A DNA stretch of 64,000 bases from Acidobacteriota bacterium (GCA_965263035.1 OZ253580.1:4384001-4448000); one strand, 5' to 3'; counted from the stretch's first letter, positions 18,495-29,152 are shown. Numbers and translations: made by a program. The notes: a model not told the origin generated them from the letters alone.

Positions 18495-21400
18495 ATGGAC
18501 AGCAAACGATTGTGTCTCGCGCTGGTTCTGGTGGGACTGAGCTTCGGCTTGGCCCTGGGACAGGGAGACAGGGCCACGGTGGTGGGAACCGTCAGCGACA
18601 GCACGGGCGCAGTGATTCCAGGCGCCGAGGTGTACATGACCCAGGTCGCCACCAACCAAGTCCACTCCTCGCTCTCCAGCGACACCGGCCAGTTCGCCAT
18701 CGCGGCGCTGCCGGCGGACGTGTACGAACTGAGGGTCACCATGCCCGGCTTCAAGACGGAGGTTCGCTCCGGCTTGACGGTGGGCGTGGGGCAGACCTTC
18801 CGCATCGACATCGAGTTGAGCGTCGGTGAAGTGTCCGAGGTGGTGGAGGTCGCCTCCACCGCGCCCATTCTCAAGACGGAGACGGCGGAGTTCGGGCAGG
18901 TGATCGACAACAAGAAGATCATCAACATTCCGCTGAACCAGAGAGACGTCTTCGGCGTGTTGGGCGGGCTGACGCCCGGTGTCCAGCCGCTGCGCAACGT
19001 GGGCGGAGTCACCAGCGGCGTCGCGTTCAACGTCCGGGGCATGCGCCGGGCCGACAACAACGCCACGCTGGACGGCTCTCAGATGAGCGAGACCAACGGT
19101 TCGCTCCAGTTCTTCGCCAACCCCGACGCCATCCAGGAGTTCGAGGTCAAGAGCGGCCTCTATGGCGCCGAGTACGGCATCAAGCCGGGCGGACAGTTCA
19201 GCGCCGTCACCAAGAGCGGCACCAACGAGCTGCACGGCACCCTCTTCTGGTTCCACCGCAACGACAACCTGGATGCCCGGAACTTCTTCGACACCGGTCC
19301 CAAGAACGAGTTCAAGCGGAACCAGTTCGGCGCCGTGGCCGGCGGGCCCATCATGGTCCCAGGCCTCTATGACGGCCGTGACCAGTCCTGGTGGTTCTTC
19401 GCCTACAGCGGCGAGCGAATTCGACAATTCAGATCGCTGACCGCGACAGTGCCCACTCCGGCGGAGCGGGGCGGCGTCTTCTCCAGCACCATCATGGATC
19501 CCATGACGGGCGAGGCCTTTCCCAACAACACCATCCCCGCCAACCGGATCGCTCCCCAGTCCAAGCTGCTGGGAGACCTCTGGCCGTCGCCCAACACCGA
19601 CATCAGCCGGGGATTCAACTACACCAGCGCCTCCAACGCCCCCGGGGATCGGAATGAGTACATCGTCCGGATGGACATCAAGACGGGCGACGACAGCCGC
19701 TGGTTCGGTCGCTTCCTCTTCAATCAGCGGCCCATCACCTTCGTCAACGTCGTCGACGCCTTCACCGTCATCAACGGCCTCGACAACTGGGCCCAGAACG
19801 TGGTCAACACGCGAAACTTCGGACCCAGCGTCGTCAACGAGCTGGGACTGCATTTCTACCGGCGGCCCTACAATCCGGGCTTCCCGCCGGGAGGACCCGA
19901 TCTGGCCAACCAGTTGAACTTTCCCAACTGGCCGAAGCGGGGCGTGGACCTTCTGGGAACGCCGATAACCACCGTAACCGGTTATCCGAACATCGGTTCC
20001 CGTGCCAACCGAGGGCCCGTTCCCGAGGGACAATGGGAGCTCAAGGAAAACGTCAGTTGGACCAAGGGCAACCACTACCTGAAGGCGGGCTACCACTACC
20101 GGTACCACTACGTCTTTTTCGGTCTCGAGCGGCGTAGCCAGCTCAACTTCCAATCTCCGAACCGCTATGCAATGAACGCCTTGGCCAATTTCTACCTAGG
20201 GCATCTGACGGTGGCCCGAGAGGGAAGCGAGGCGCGCTTGAATCACAACTTCCCGGGCCACTACATCTATCTGCAGGACAGTTGGAAGGCCACTCCCAAG
20301 CTGACCCTCCAACTCGGCCTCCGTTACGAGCTGCGTCAGGGCTGGGAAGACAAGCGGGGATTCTCCACCAACCTCAAGGCCGACTGTGCGTTGGCGACCG
20401 AGAATCCGATTCCCGATTGCTATTCCCCCGCTCTGCTCAACCAGACTCTCGTGTTTCCCGAGACTGGCCGATTCGAGCCGGGAGTCAACATCTTCACCTG
20501 GACCAAGAACGGATTTCAGCCCCGCCTGGGGCTCTCCTACCGTCTGACGGACAGGACGGTGTTGCGTATCGGCGCCGGCCTCTACGGAAATGAGCCGCCG
20601 GGCGGCATGATGTACGGCGCGGCGGCCTTGGGCAACCCGAGGCCCAACTCGGGGCAGAGGGACTTCGTCGCAGATGCGGTGATCCCGAACCTCCATATCT
20701 CCAACCCCTACGACGAATCGATTCTGGTGGGCGCCACCGGCGCGCAGATCCTTCCCGGGGGTGGATATGAGGACATCATGCCTCAGTGGTATGTGCCCAA
20801 CTTCGGCCTGTCCTTCCAGCATCGTGCCGGCGAGAACAACATGTTCGAGATCGGCTACGAGGGTTCCCGCTCGGTGCACGAGATGCAGGTGTTCGAGTTC
20901 AACGACGCGGTCCCGGGTGAAGGCACCATCCAGTCCCGGAGGCCCTGGCCCTCCATGGGTCGGTATCACATGCTCCTGGCCAACGGAGACCAGACCTACC
21001 ATGGCTTCAATTTGAAATGGGAAAAGCGGCCGGGGCAGTACGGCTTGACCTCCCTGTTGGCCTTCAGCTGGGGCAAGAGCCTCGATACGACCGGCGGGCG
21101 CCTCGGTGTCACCGGCGACCCTCGCGGCGTGAGCCGAAACCTCTGGGAAAACAATTTCAATACCCTGAACCGGGGTAGGGGCGAGGGCAACATCCCCGTC
21201 CGGCTGGCTTGGTTGAAAGGTTGGGACATCCCCTTCGGTCCTGGCCGCGCCTTCGGTTCGGACGGCTTCTTCAGCCACATCTTCGAAAGTTGGAGCGTCT
21301 ACGCCATCACCACTCTCCAGAAGGGGCACTACTATACGGTGTCCACTGCCGATCTGCTGGCGGTTGGAAGTAATGCTTCCCAGCGGCCGGACCTGCTTCG

Positions 21401-21725
21401 GGATCCCAATTCCGGCAGCCGGCGGCCCGAGGAGTGGTTCCGGACGGATGCCTTTGCGGCGCCGCCTCCGGGCAGGTATGGCAACGCGAGCCGCGGCATT
21501 GTCGAGGGTCCCGGTACCATCAACTTCGACTTCTCGCTGCTGCGGGATTTCTATCTGGATGAGGAAACCCGGCTCCAGTTCCGGTTCGAGGCCTTCAATC
21601 TGACCAATCACACGAACCTGAACTCGAACAACAACACCTTCAACTTCAGCGCCGGATCTTTCGGCGCCATCGGTTCTGCGCTGACCGGAAGGCAGTTGCA
21701 GTTCGGCCTGAAGATCTACTTCTGA
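18495..21725 (+). CDS. TonB-dependent receptor-like outer membrane protein (Oar/Acidobacteria type, carboxypeptidase-regulatory-like N-terminal domain)
   Basis: Signal peptide; GTVSDSTGAVIPGAEV; DAIQEF..AEYG; TKSGTNELHG; LDARNFF; QFRFEAFN; C-terminal RQLQFGLKIYF. Confidence 0.9.
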   Translation: MDSKRLCLALVLVGLSFGLALGQGDRATVVGTVSDSTGAVIPGAEVYMTQVATNQVHSSLSSDTGQFAIAALPADVYELRVTMPGFKTEVRSGLTVGVGQTFRIDIELSVGEVSEVVEVASTAPILKTETAEFGQVIDNKKIINIPLNQRDVFGVLGGLTPGVQPLRNVGGVTSGVAFNVRGMRRADNNATLDGSQMSETNGSLQFFANPDAIQEFEVKSGLYGAEYGIKPGGQFSAVTKSGTNELHGTLFWFHRNDNLDARNFFDTGPKNEFKRNQFGAVAGGPIMVPGLYDGRDQSWWFFAYSGERIRQFRSLTATVPTPAERGGVFSSTIMDPMTGEAFPNNTIPANRIAPQSKLLGDLWPSPNTDISRGFNYTSASNAPGDRNEYIVRMDIKTGDDSRWFGRFLFNQRPITFVNVVDAFTVINGLDNWAQNVVNTRNFGPSVVNELGLHFYRRPYNPGFPPGGPDLANQLNFPNWPKRGVDLLGTPITTVTGYPNIGSRANRGPVPEGQWELKENVSWTKGNHYLKAGYHYRYHYVFFGLERRSQLNFQSPNRYAMNALANFYLGHLTVAREGSEARLNHNFPGHYIYLQDSWKATPKLTLQLGLRYELRQGWEDKRGFSTNLKADCALATENPIPDCYSPALLNQTLVFPETGRFEPGVNIFTWTKNGFQPRLGLSYRLTDRTVLRIGAGLYGNEPPGGMMYGAAALGNPRPNSGQRDFVADAVIPNLHISNPYDESILVGATGAQILPGGGYEDIMPQWYVPNFGLSFQHRAGENNMFEIGYEGSRSVHEMQVFEFNDAVPGEGTIQSRRPWPSMGRYHMLLANGDQTYHGFNLKWEKRPGQYGLTSLLAFSWGKSLDTTGGRLGVTGDPRGVSRNLWENNFNTLNRGRGEGNIPVRLAWLKGWDIPFGPGRAFGSDGFFSHIFESWSVYAITTLQKGHYYTVSTADLLAVGSNASQRPDLLRDPNSGSRRPEEWFRTDAFAAPPPGRYGNASRGIVEGPGTINFDFSLLRDFYLDEETRLQFRFEAFNLTNHTNLNSNNNTFNFSAGSFGAIGSALTGRQLQFGLKIYF

Positions 21726-21746
21726 TCCAGGTTCCAGTCGATGTCC

Positions 21747-21784
21747 AAAAGCGCGCCTGCCATTGCGGCGGGCGCGCTTTTTTT
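21747..21784. terminator. Bidirectional intrinsic terminator between TonB receptor and convergent SDR
   Basis: AAAA-GCGCGCCTGC..GCGGGCGCGC-TTTTTTT. Confidence 0.85.
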
Positions 21785-21810
21785 GTTGGAGAGGGAGTGC
21801 GAGATCCTGC

Positions 21811-22587
21811 TCAGGCGCAGTAGCCGCCGTCCAGCAGTATGGTGTGCCCGGTGACGTAGGCGGAAGCCTCGGAGGCCAGGAAAACCACCGATCCCTTGAT
21901 GTCGTCGTATTGAGCCATGCGGCCCAGGAAGGTGTTGCTGCAGTACTGGGAGTAGAAGGGCTCGCTCTCGTCGCCGAGAGCCAGGCCTCCGGGGGCGATG
22001 GCATTGACCCGGACCCCTCTGGGTCCGGCCCAGGCAGCGAGATACTTGGTCAGGCCGATCATCCCATGCTTGTTAAAGTGGTAGTCGGGGGGCGTTGTCA
22101 TGCCGGTGCCGGCGTAGTTGGTGAAGTTGGGGGCAACCACTGACTGGATGGAGCCGATATTCACTATGGTTCCTAGTCCCCGTTCCATCATCCGGTCCAC
22201 GAAGGCCCTGGAGATCGCGAAGACGCCGGTGGCATTGATCGCCATGGATCGCTCCCAGGCCTGTAGGGGATCGGTGTAGGCTCTCATGGGCCGCGCCACC
22301 GAGTTGTTGACCAGAACGTCGATGGCGCCGAACTGCTTCCAGACCCGCTCGCAGAAGTCGAGGATGGACGACTCGCTTCCCTGGTCGAATCCGTCGCCGC
22401 TGGCGGAGAGGCCCCTCCCCTCCAGCTTCGATGCCCAGTCCCGGCAACGCTGCCGGTTTCTGGAGGCGATGACGACGTGGGCTCCGGCCTCGGCCAGACC
22501 CTCGGAAATGGGCTTGCCGTAGAATCCGGCGCCGCCGGTGACGACCGAGATCTTGCCGCTGAGATCCAACAACTGCTTGACGTTCAT
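21811..22587 (-). CDS. Short-chain dehydrogenase/reductase (SDR)
   Basis: VTGGAGFYG Rossmann motif, VLVNN, NIGS, YHFNK (YxxxK), RVNAIAPGG, DGG. Confidence 0.92.
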   Translation of the reverse strand: MNVKQLLDLSGKISVVTGGAGFYGKPISEGLAEAGAHVVIASRNRQRCRDWASKLEGRGLSASGDGFDQGSESSILDFCERVWKQFGAIDVLVNNSVARPMRAYTDPLQAWERSMAINATGVFAISRAFVDRMMERGLGTIVNIGSIQSVVAPNFTNYAGTGMTTPPDYHFNKHGMIGLTKYLAAWAGPRGVRVNAIAPGGLALGDESEPFYSQYCSNTFLGRMAQYDDIKGSVVFLASEASAYVTGHTILLDGGYCA

Positions 22588-22611
22588 GACAGCGGGTACT
22601 TATATCACCTT

Positions 22612-23889
22612 ATGCCTCCGGTGCGGAGTCCGAATTCCATCGCCAGAACGGTGGCCGGAAGAGCCGTTTCGGCGACCCTGATAATGTTGTCCGTTGCCGG
22701 GTTCGTCTCGGGTGAACAGGGTCGGCGCCCCGCGCAACCCGAAAAGACGACGGCCCGGAAGCTGGCCGCGCAGTACGGCTGGCCCTACGTGGCCGGGCAC
22801 CCGGGACTCTCTCGCCAAGAGGTCGTTTTTCCCCGGATCCAGGGGTTTTGGGTGATCAAGGCAGATCTCCACATTCACACCATCTACTCCGACGGCCAGG
22901 TCCTGCCCGAGACTCGAGTCTGGGAAGCGTGGCGGGATGGACTGGATCTGCTGGTCATCACCGATCATCCTGAGTACCTGACGCTGGCTCTGCCCCAGGA
23001 CCGCGATCGGGCCTACGGCCGAGCCCTTCCGCTGGCCCGGGCCCTGGGTCTGTTGTTGGTTCGTGGAGCCGAGTTGACGACCATTTCGGGACCCCAATAC
23101 ACGGATGAGGACTCGGATCACGTGGTCGCGTTCATTCAGGACGAGAGTCCCTTTTTCAACGACTTCGACACGGCGGTCCGGTCGGCCCGAGAGCAGGGAG
23201 CCGTCATCATCTGGGCCCATCCCGGCCCTCGATGGGCCCGTGACGCCAAGCGGCTATTGGAGTTGGGGTGGCTGGACGGGATCGAGTTGAGGAACGGTGG
23301 CCGAAGAGGTGGGAAGGGGATTGAATACCACCGGGGGGAACCCGTCTTCTCCCGGGTGATGGACTGGTGTCTCAAGCACGACTTGGCCGTCATCGCCTCG
23401 TCGGACGCTCACTGGCCCATCGACCAGATCGTGGACCGGAGCCGGGGAGAACGACGGGAGATGACGTTGGTCCTGGCCAAGAGCCGGGACGAGAAGGCGA
23501 TCCGAGAGGCGATCAAGGCCCGCCGTACCCTGGCCTATTTCGGTGAGATGATCTGGGGCAGGGAAGAATGGCTCCGGGCTCTGGCGGAGAGCGCACTCGA
23601 TTTCAGTCTTACCCCCAGCGTCCAAAATGACCGGAAACGGCATTATCTGTCGGTTGCCAATACTTCATCCTTCCCGTTTCGGCTCAGGGTGTCCAGGTTC
23701 GAGGAGGAGGAGCCTTCGGGTCAACGTGAGTTTCGCATTACGGAAGAAGGTCAGACCCTGGCTCCCATCAAGGTGAACGAAGGAGAAACGGGCGTCCGAC
23801 TCCGCATCACCGTCACCAACCTTCTTTCCGGCGTCGACCGACCGCTCGTCCTGGAGAGAAGCCTGCAGGATTCGGGAGAAGCACCATGA
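22612..23889 (+). CDS. Exported PHP-domain metallo-phosphoesterase
   Basis: DLHIHTIYSDG, ITDH, WAHP, DGIE, SSDAH; N-terminal hydrophobic segment; start uncertain. Confidence 0.8.
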   Translation: MPPVRSPNSIARTVAGRAVSATLIMLSVAGFVSGEQGRRPAQPEKTTARKLAAQYGWPYVAGHPGLSRQEVVFPRIQGFWVIKADLHIHTIYSDGQVLPETRVWEAWRDGLDLLVITDHPEYLTLALPQDRDRAYGRALPLARALGLLLVRGAELTTISGPQYTDEDSDHVVAFIQDESPFFNDFDTAVRSAREQGAVIIWAHPGPRWARDAKRLLELGWLDGIELRNGGRRGGKGIEYHRGEPVFSRVMDWCLKHDLAVIASSDAHWPIDQIVDRSRGERREMTLVLAKSRDEKAIREAIKARRTLAYFGEMIWGREEWLRALAESALDFSLTPSVQNDRKRHYLSVANTSSFPFRLRVSRFEEEEPSGQREFRITEEGQTLAPIKVNEGETGVRLRITVTNLLSGVDRPLVLERSLQDSGEAP

Positions 23890-26753
23890 GTTTTGCGTGC
23901 CGCGGCATGGCTTTCATCGCTTTAGTGGGACTCATGGCGGCGTGTGCTCCTCCGGCACAGACTCCCCAGGTATCTACACAGGAAGGACGGGAAGTCTGGA
24001 GGGAGTCCAGTTTCAACGATTTTGCCGACGGGGTCCTGACCGACGGCGGGGCCAACACCTATGTCGGTGCCGACGGCAGCATCCGGCTCATCAACGAGTT
24101 GGACCTGAACCAGGACGGCCTCATCGACCTGGTCCTGCCGGGGAGCCACGACAACAACTTCGACATGAACGCATGGATCTACTGGGGGCGAGATGAGTTC
24201 GGCACATCGGGCCGAACCGCGCTCCCCGGGGAAGGCGGTCAGGACGTGGCCGTTTCGGACCTCAATCGAGACGGTTATCCGGACCTGGTGGTGGCCAAGG
24301 GCTACAACGGCACCCGCACCGAGAACCGGTCGGCGGTTTACTGGGGGAATGAGTCGGGATTCGATGCCGAACGCAGGGCCGACCTGCCAACCGTCTCGGC
24401 CCAGGCCGTGGCCACCGGAGATCTGAACGGAGACGGTTTCCCGGAAGTTGTCTTCGCCAGCAACGGCCTCTCCTACCAGTTCACTCGGGAGGGGAACGAC
24501 TTCAGCGTGGTGCGACCCGTTTCAGACATCTACTGGGGGTCGGGGGACGGCTACTCTCCCCGCCGAACCACGCAGCTGCCCACCCGTTTCGCCCGCGACG
24601 TGGCCATTGCCGACCTGAACCGGGACCGCGCGCCCGATCTGGTTTTCGCGGTTCAGGACTACAAGGGCGATCCGGGTGGAGTGCTGGTCTACTGGGGATC
24701 CGAATCCGGCTACTCGGCGGCTGCCTCCCTTTGGCTGGAGGGGTTGGGAAGCGTGGCCGTGGTTGCCGCCGATTTGAACGAAGACGGCTGGCTCGATCTG
24801 GCCGTGGCCAACGAGACGGCGCCCGGCGTCGACGACGATGCCGGAGGGATCGCGGTCACCCCGATTCCCTGTTACGTCTACTGGGGGGCTTCCCAGGGAT
24901 TCGATGCCGCCCGGCGGACCGAGTTGCCCGGCTGGAGAGCCCGGGGCATCGAAGCCGCCGATCTCGACCGGGATGGGCACCCGGATCTGATTCTGTCCAA
25001 CCAGGCGGGCCATGCGTCCTTCATCTACTGGGGCTCGGCCGGTGGGTACCGGCCCCATTTGAGGACCGCCCTGCCGACGTTGTCCGCCAGTGCCAGCGCC
25101 GCCGCGGATCTGAACGGGGACGGCTACCCGGATCTGGTCTTCGCCAACGAGAAGAGCGACGAGAGCTACGACGTCTCCTCCACCGTCTACTGGAACGGCC
25201 CCGGCGGGTTCGATCCCTCTCGCCGGCTGGATTTGCCGACTCGGGGCGCGTTGTCGGTGGCAAGCGGCGACCTGGACGGCGACGGCAAGGGCGATCTGGC
25301 CTTCGCCAACAGCAAGGACGGCTTTGCTTCCGACAAGGCGCCCAATGCCTATGTCTATTGGGGCCGGCCCGAGGGGGACTACTCTCCCGAGGAGCGCTGG
25401 ACCTTGCCCTACTCCGGCCTGAGCGCGGCCAACATCGCCGACCTCGACCGGGACGGCCGGACCGACCTGGTGCTGGCGGGCCAGATCGACATCCTCTGGG
25501 GGACGCCGGACGGACTCTCCCGGACCGATACCACCCACCTTCCGACTCGGCGAGGCTTCAGCGTGGTGGTGGCGGACTTCAACCGGGACGGCTACCTGGA
25601 CCTGAGTCTCAGCGAGTGGACTCACGGCCGGGACGAGATGAGCCTCTTCTGGGGCGGCCCCAACGGGTACCGCATGGACAACCGCTTCATCCTCAAGTTT
25701 CCCGACGTTCGGCTCCACAAGGCGGCGGACCTGGACGGCAACGGCTATCTCGACCTTCTGTTCACCGGGACCAGCGACCGTGTCGCCATCTTCTGGAACG
25801 GCCCCGGTGGATTCGACAACCGGAACGTTCAATTCCTGCCCTCCAAGATGGCCGTTGGGGCCGAGATTGCGGACCTCAACTCCGACGGCTATCTGGACGT
25901 GGTGATCTGCAATCTGTACGACCTGGAGAAGCTCCGGACGGACGAGGGGGAACGCGCCATCGATGCCGAGCCCCAAGCGGCTCCTTTCGCCGCCGGCACC
26001 GCCGTCTACTGGGGAGGGGAAGCGGGATTCTCGGAAGACCGCATGTTGCTCCTGGACACGGTGGGGAGCGAGGATGCTTCCATCGCCGACCTGAACCGGG
26101 ACGGACACCTGGACCTGGTGGTTTCCAGCTACCACGCCGGCGTGAATCGACACCACCCGTCCTACGTCTTCTGGGGCAACAAATCGGGACTCGACCCGGA
26201 TCCGCTCCTGTTGCCCACCGATTCCGCCTCCGGCGTGATGGTAGCCGACTACAACCGGGACGGGCACGAAGACATCTTCTTCATCTGCCATACCAAGGGC
26301 GGAAACCACCGCACGGGCTCGTTCCTCTATTGGGGTTCGGACGCGGGATATTCGGCTGACAGGCGGCTCCTGGTTCCGACCCGGGGAGTGCACTGGGCGA
26401 TTCATCACGATGTGGGAAACGTCTATGATCGGTCTCCCCGATACAATTACGTTTCCTCGCCGTTCCGTCTGCCCGGGAAGAGCCAAGTCGAGACCCTGAG
26501 CTGGAAGGCGGGAACGCCGGATGAGACCTCGGTTCAATTCCAGGTCCGGGGTTCCGAGACGCGGGAGGGTCTGGGTGCTTCCGAGTGGTGCGGTCCCGAC
26601 GGGCCGGGAAGCTACTACACTCGATCGGGTGCCGGTTTGGATGCGCTCGGGGACAAGAACCGTTGGATTCAGTACAAGGCGACGCTGGTTTCGCCTGGCG
26701 GCGTCAACTCCCCAGTTTTGGAAGAGGTGGAGATAAACTACCGGAGCGAGTAG
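23886..26753 (+). CDS. FG-GAP/VCBS-like repeat lipoprotein with 14 DxNxDGxxD repeats
   Basis: Lipobox LMAAC; 14 D[LFY][ND]xDGxxD-type repeats interleaved with YWG motifs; ATGA overlap with PHP gene. Confidence 0.88.
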   Translation: MSFACRGMAFIALVGLMAACAPPAQTPQVSTQEGREVWRESSFNDFADGVLTDGGANTYVGADGSIRLINELDLNQDGLIDLVLPGSHDNNFDMNAWIYWGRDEFGTSGRTALPGEGGQDVAVSDLNRDGYPDLVVAKGYNGTRTENRSAVYWGNESGFDAERRADLPTVSAQAVATGDLNGDGFPEVVFASNGLSYQFTREGNDFSVVRPVSDIYWGSGDGYSPRRTTQLPTRFARDVAIADLNRDRAPDLVFAVQDYKGDPGGVLVYWGSESGYSAAASLWLEGLGSVAVVAADLNEDGWLDLAVANETAPGVDDDAGGIAVTPIPCYVYWGASQGFDAARRTELPGWRARGIEAADLDRDGHPDLILSNQAGHASFIYWGSAGGYRPHLRTALPTLSASASAAADLNGDGYPDLVFANEKSDESYDVSSTVYWNGPGGFDPSRRLDLPTRGALSVASGDLDGDGKGDLAFANSKDGFASDKAPNAYVYWGRPEGDYSPEERWTLPYSGLSAANIADLDRDGRTDLVLAGQIDILWGTPDGLSRTDTTHLPTRRGFSVVVADFNRDGYLDLSLSEWTHGRDEMSLFWGGPNGYRMDNRFILKFPDVRLHKAADLDGNGYLDLLFTGTSDRVAIFWNGPGGFDNRNVQFLPSKMAVGAEIADLNSDGYLDVVICNLYDLEKLRTDEGERAIDAEPQAAPFAAGTAVYWGGEAGFSEDRMLLLDTVGSEDASIADLNRDGHLDLVVSSYHAGVNRHHPSYVFWGNKSGLDPDPLLLPTDSASGVMVADYNRDGHEDIFFICHTKGGNHRTGSFLYWGSDAGYSADRRLLVPTRGVHWAIHHDVGNVYDRSPRYNYVSSPFRLPGKSQVETLSWKAGTPDETSVQFQVRGSETREGLGASEWCGPDGPGSYYTRSGAGLDALGDKNRWIQYKATLVSPGGVNSPVLEEVEINYRSE

Positions 26754-26791
26754 GCGGCGTACTTCGAAACACCTTGGGGAGAAACATCCTT

Positions 26792-27715
26792 ATGGACAGG
26801 GAACTGCTGACCTGGTTCAACGGCCGGCTGGTTCCGGACTCGGAGGTCCGGATCCATCACACCGACTCCGGATTCAGTTTCGGCCACAACGTGACCGACT
26901 CGGCCCGGACCTTCGGGTACCGTTCCTTCAAGCTGAAGGAGCACATTCGCAGGTTTTACCTCTCCATCTCGGTGGCCCGGATCAATCCCGGCATGACTCC
27001 GGAGCGGATGGAGGAGATCGCCCTGGAAGTGCTGGAGGCCAATCTTCCCGTCCTGGATCCCGACGGGGACGTCTGGATCACGCAGACCGCCACGGGTGGA
27101 AGAATGCGCAGCACCATCGGACGCTTCGAGTTCGACCGCCCCGGCCTGCTCATCGCCACACTTCCGCTGGGATTCGCCGACTACGCCCACCTCTACGAGC
27201 AGGGGGTCCACGCCGTGACTCCGTCGACCCGGCACATCCCGCCCCAGTCATTGGACGCCAAGCTCAAGCACCGGAACCGGATCTTCTTCACCCTGGCCGA
27301 GTTCGAGGTCAAGGAGGTGGATCCCGAGGGCTTCTCCCTGCTCCTGGATATCGACGGCAACGTGACGGAGAACAAGGGAGCCAACTTCTTCATCTACCGG
27401 GACGGCTGTTTGAGAACGCCCACGACCCGCAACGCCCTGGAAGGCGTCAGCCGGGCCACGGTGTTGGAGTTGGCCCGGGAGGAAGGGATTCCCGCGGTGG
27501 AGGAGGATTTTCAGCCCTACCATGTGACCACCGCGGAGGAGGCCTTCTTCTGCAGCACCTCCTACTGCATGCTCCCGGTGACGCGCTACAACGGCAATGT
27601 ACTGGGTGAGGGCAGGCCGGGTCGCGTCTATCGCCGGCTGCTCGATGCTTGGAGCCGGAGAGTGGGAATGGATATTCCGGAACAGGCGTTGCGTCAGGCG
27701 GGAGCGGCCGTATAG
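26792..27715 (+). CDS. Class IV PLP aminotransferase (branched-chain/D-amino acid aminotransferase family)
   Basis: WFNGRLVP, DSGFSFG, KLKHRN (PLP Lys), TENKGANFF, LEGVSR, AEEAFFCST. Confidence 0.88.
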   Translation: MDRELLTWFNGRLVPDSEVRIHHTDSGFSFGHNVTDSARTFGYRSFKLKEHIRRFYLSISVARINPGMTPERMEEIALEVLEANLPVLDPDGDVWITQTATGGRMRSTIGRFEFDRPGLLIATLPLGFADYAHLYEQGVHAVTPSTRHIPPQSLDAKLKHRNRIFFTLAEFEVKEVDPEGFSLLLDIDGNVTENKGANFFIYRDGCLRTPTTRNALEGVSRATVLELAREEGIPAVEEDFQPYHVTTAEEAFFCSTSYCMLPVTRYNGNVLGEGRPGRVYRRLLDAWSRRVGMDIPEQALRQAGAAV

Positions 27716-27796
27716 GAGCGGGGGTTTGTAACCCCCGTCTTCGGCCTTGGACATGTTGGCGTGGAAGAATGGGGGACAGAATGTCCCCCCTCCTAC
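27713..27796. repeat. Inward-facing pair of TAGGAG-led REP-like palindromes between convergent genes
   Basis: 27713-27737 (+) TAGGAGCGGGGGTTTGTAACCCCCG, whose TAG is the aminotransferase stop; 27771-27796 (-) GTAGGAGGGGGGACATTCTGTCCCCC, directly after the Gfo TGA. Confidence 0.7.
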
Positions 27797-29152
27797 TCAA
27801 ACCTTTTCCGGAACCTCGAACGGCTTTCGGTACTCGCGCCGCAGCAGCCGGTTCGCCTCCTCGTCTCCCGGGATGGACTCGTTGGCCGGATCGAAACGGA
27901 TTTCCCGTCCCACGCGGTGGGAGATGTTGGCCAGTTCGCAGAAGATGCCTGACCGGTGGGTCACTTCGATGTCCGCCGTCAGGACGCTTCTGTCTCCCGC
28001 CCGCAGCGCATTGATGAAGTTCTGGTAGTGCCCCCAGCCCTCCAGATCCGGCTGGGGAGGCTCGGCCTTCTTGTTCCGGCCCAGAAAGACCTGGTAGTCG
28101 CAGCCGGCGCCCTTCTTCTGGATCCGGTGTTTCATGTGGATGTAGCCTTCGGTGCCGTACAGGTCCCAAGTGAACTCGGCCATCCACTGCAGCCTGGGCT
28201 CAGGATAGATGGCGCGCCGGGGTACGACGCGGCCATGGTCCGAGTAGAGATTGCGCAGATCGCAGGTGAGAAGAGTCCCGTCCTGGAACTCGAAGGTGGT
28301 CCGGTGCGTATTGGGGGTTTCGGCCTGGTCCTTCTCCCCGAAACGGCCTCCCGCCGAGTGGGCCCGGACCGGGACGTCCTGGCCCATGATCCAGCGGCAG
28401 ATGTCGATGATGTGGATCCCGTTGTTGCCCATCTCCCCGTTGCCGAAGTCCCAGAACCAGTGCCAGTTGTAGTGCACCAGGTTCCGGTGGAAAGGCTGCT
28501 CCGGCGCCGGTCCCAACCAGAGGTTCCAGTCCAGCCAGGAGGGGGGCGGCTCGGGAGTCTTGAAGCCCAACGGGTCCCGGGGCCGGGGGAATTCGCAGCG
28601 CGCCCAGTAGACCTGGCCGATCACCCCGTCCCGGACCAGTTGGGCCACCTTGCGGAAGGAACCGCTGGAGCGGCGATTGGTTCCCCCCTGGACGATGCGG
28701 TCGTACTTGCGGGCGGCCTCCACCAGCTTGCGGCCCTCCCAGACATTGTGGGCGATGGGCTTTTCCACGTAGACGTGCTTACCGGCCTGGCAGGCCCAGA
28801 TTCCAGCCAGGGCGTGCCAGTGATTGCAGGTGGCGATGGTGACGGCGTCGATGGAGGAGTCGTCCATGATCCGTCTCAGGTCCTTCTCTGTCCGCGGCCT
28901 CTTGCCGCTGATTTTTTGAGCCTGATCCGCCTTCTCGAGGGCCCGCCGTTCGTCCACGTCGCAGACCACGGCCAACTCCACACCCTCGTTGTCCAGAATC
29001 TCTTCCACCAGGCGCCGGCCGCGGCCGCCCGCCCCGATCAGGGCCACCCGAATGCGATCGTTGGCGCGGGCCCAGGCTCCGGCGGTACCGATCAGGGAGG
29101 CTCCCGCCCAGGTGGAGGACTTGAGGAACTGACGGCGCTTCACTTCGGCCAT
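27797..29152 (-). CDS. Tat-exported Gfo/Idh/MocA oxidoreductase
   Basis: KRRQFLK Tat motif, IGAGGRG, AGKHVYVEKP, DWNLWLGPAP, WHWFWDFGNG. Confidence 0.92.
   Translation of the reverse strand: MAEVKRRQFLKSSTWAGASLIGTAGAWARANDRIRVALIGAGGRGRRLVEEILDNEGVELAVVCDVDERRALEKADQAQKISGKRPRTEKDLRRIMDDSSIDAVTIATCNHWHALAGIWACQAGKHVYVEKPIAHNVWEGRKLVEAARKYDRIVQGGTNRRSSGSFRKVAQLVRDGVIGQVYWARCEFPRPRDPLGFKTPEPPPSWLDWNLWLGPAPEQPFHRNLVHYNWHWFWDFGNGEMGNNGIHIIDICRWIMGQDVPVRAHSAGGRFGEKDQAETPNTHRTTFEFQDGTLLTCDLRNLYSDHGRVVPRRAIYPEPRLQWMAEFTWDLYGTEGYIHMKHRIQKKGAGCDYQVFLGRNKKAEPPQPDLEGWGHYQNFINALRAGDRSVLTADIEVTHRSGIFCELANISHRVGREIRFDPANESIPGDEEANRLLRREYRKPFEVPEKV

Noticed and set aside
24522-26537. Long antisense ORFs (also 18468-20153, 20196-22004, 45385-47358, 55512-57467, 58956-60599 and others)
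   Set aside because: Shadow frames of high-GC genes with no recognisable motifs, opposite well-supported CDSs
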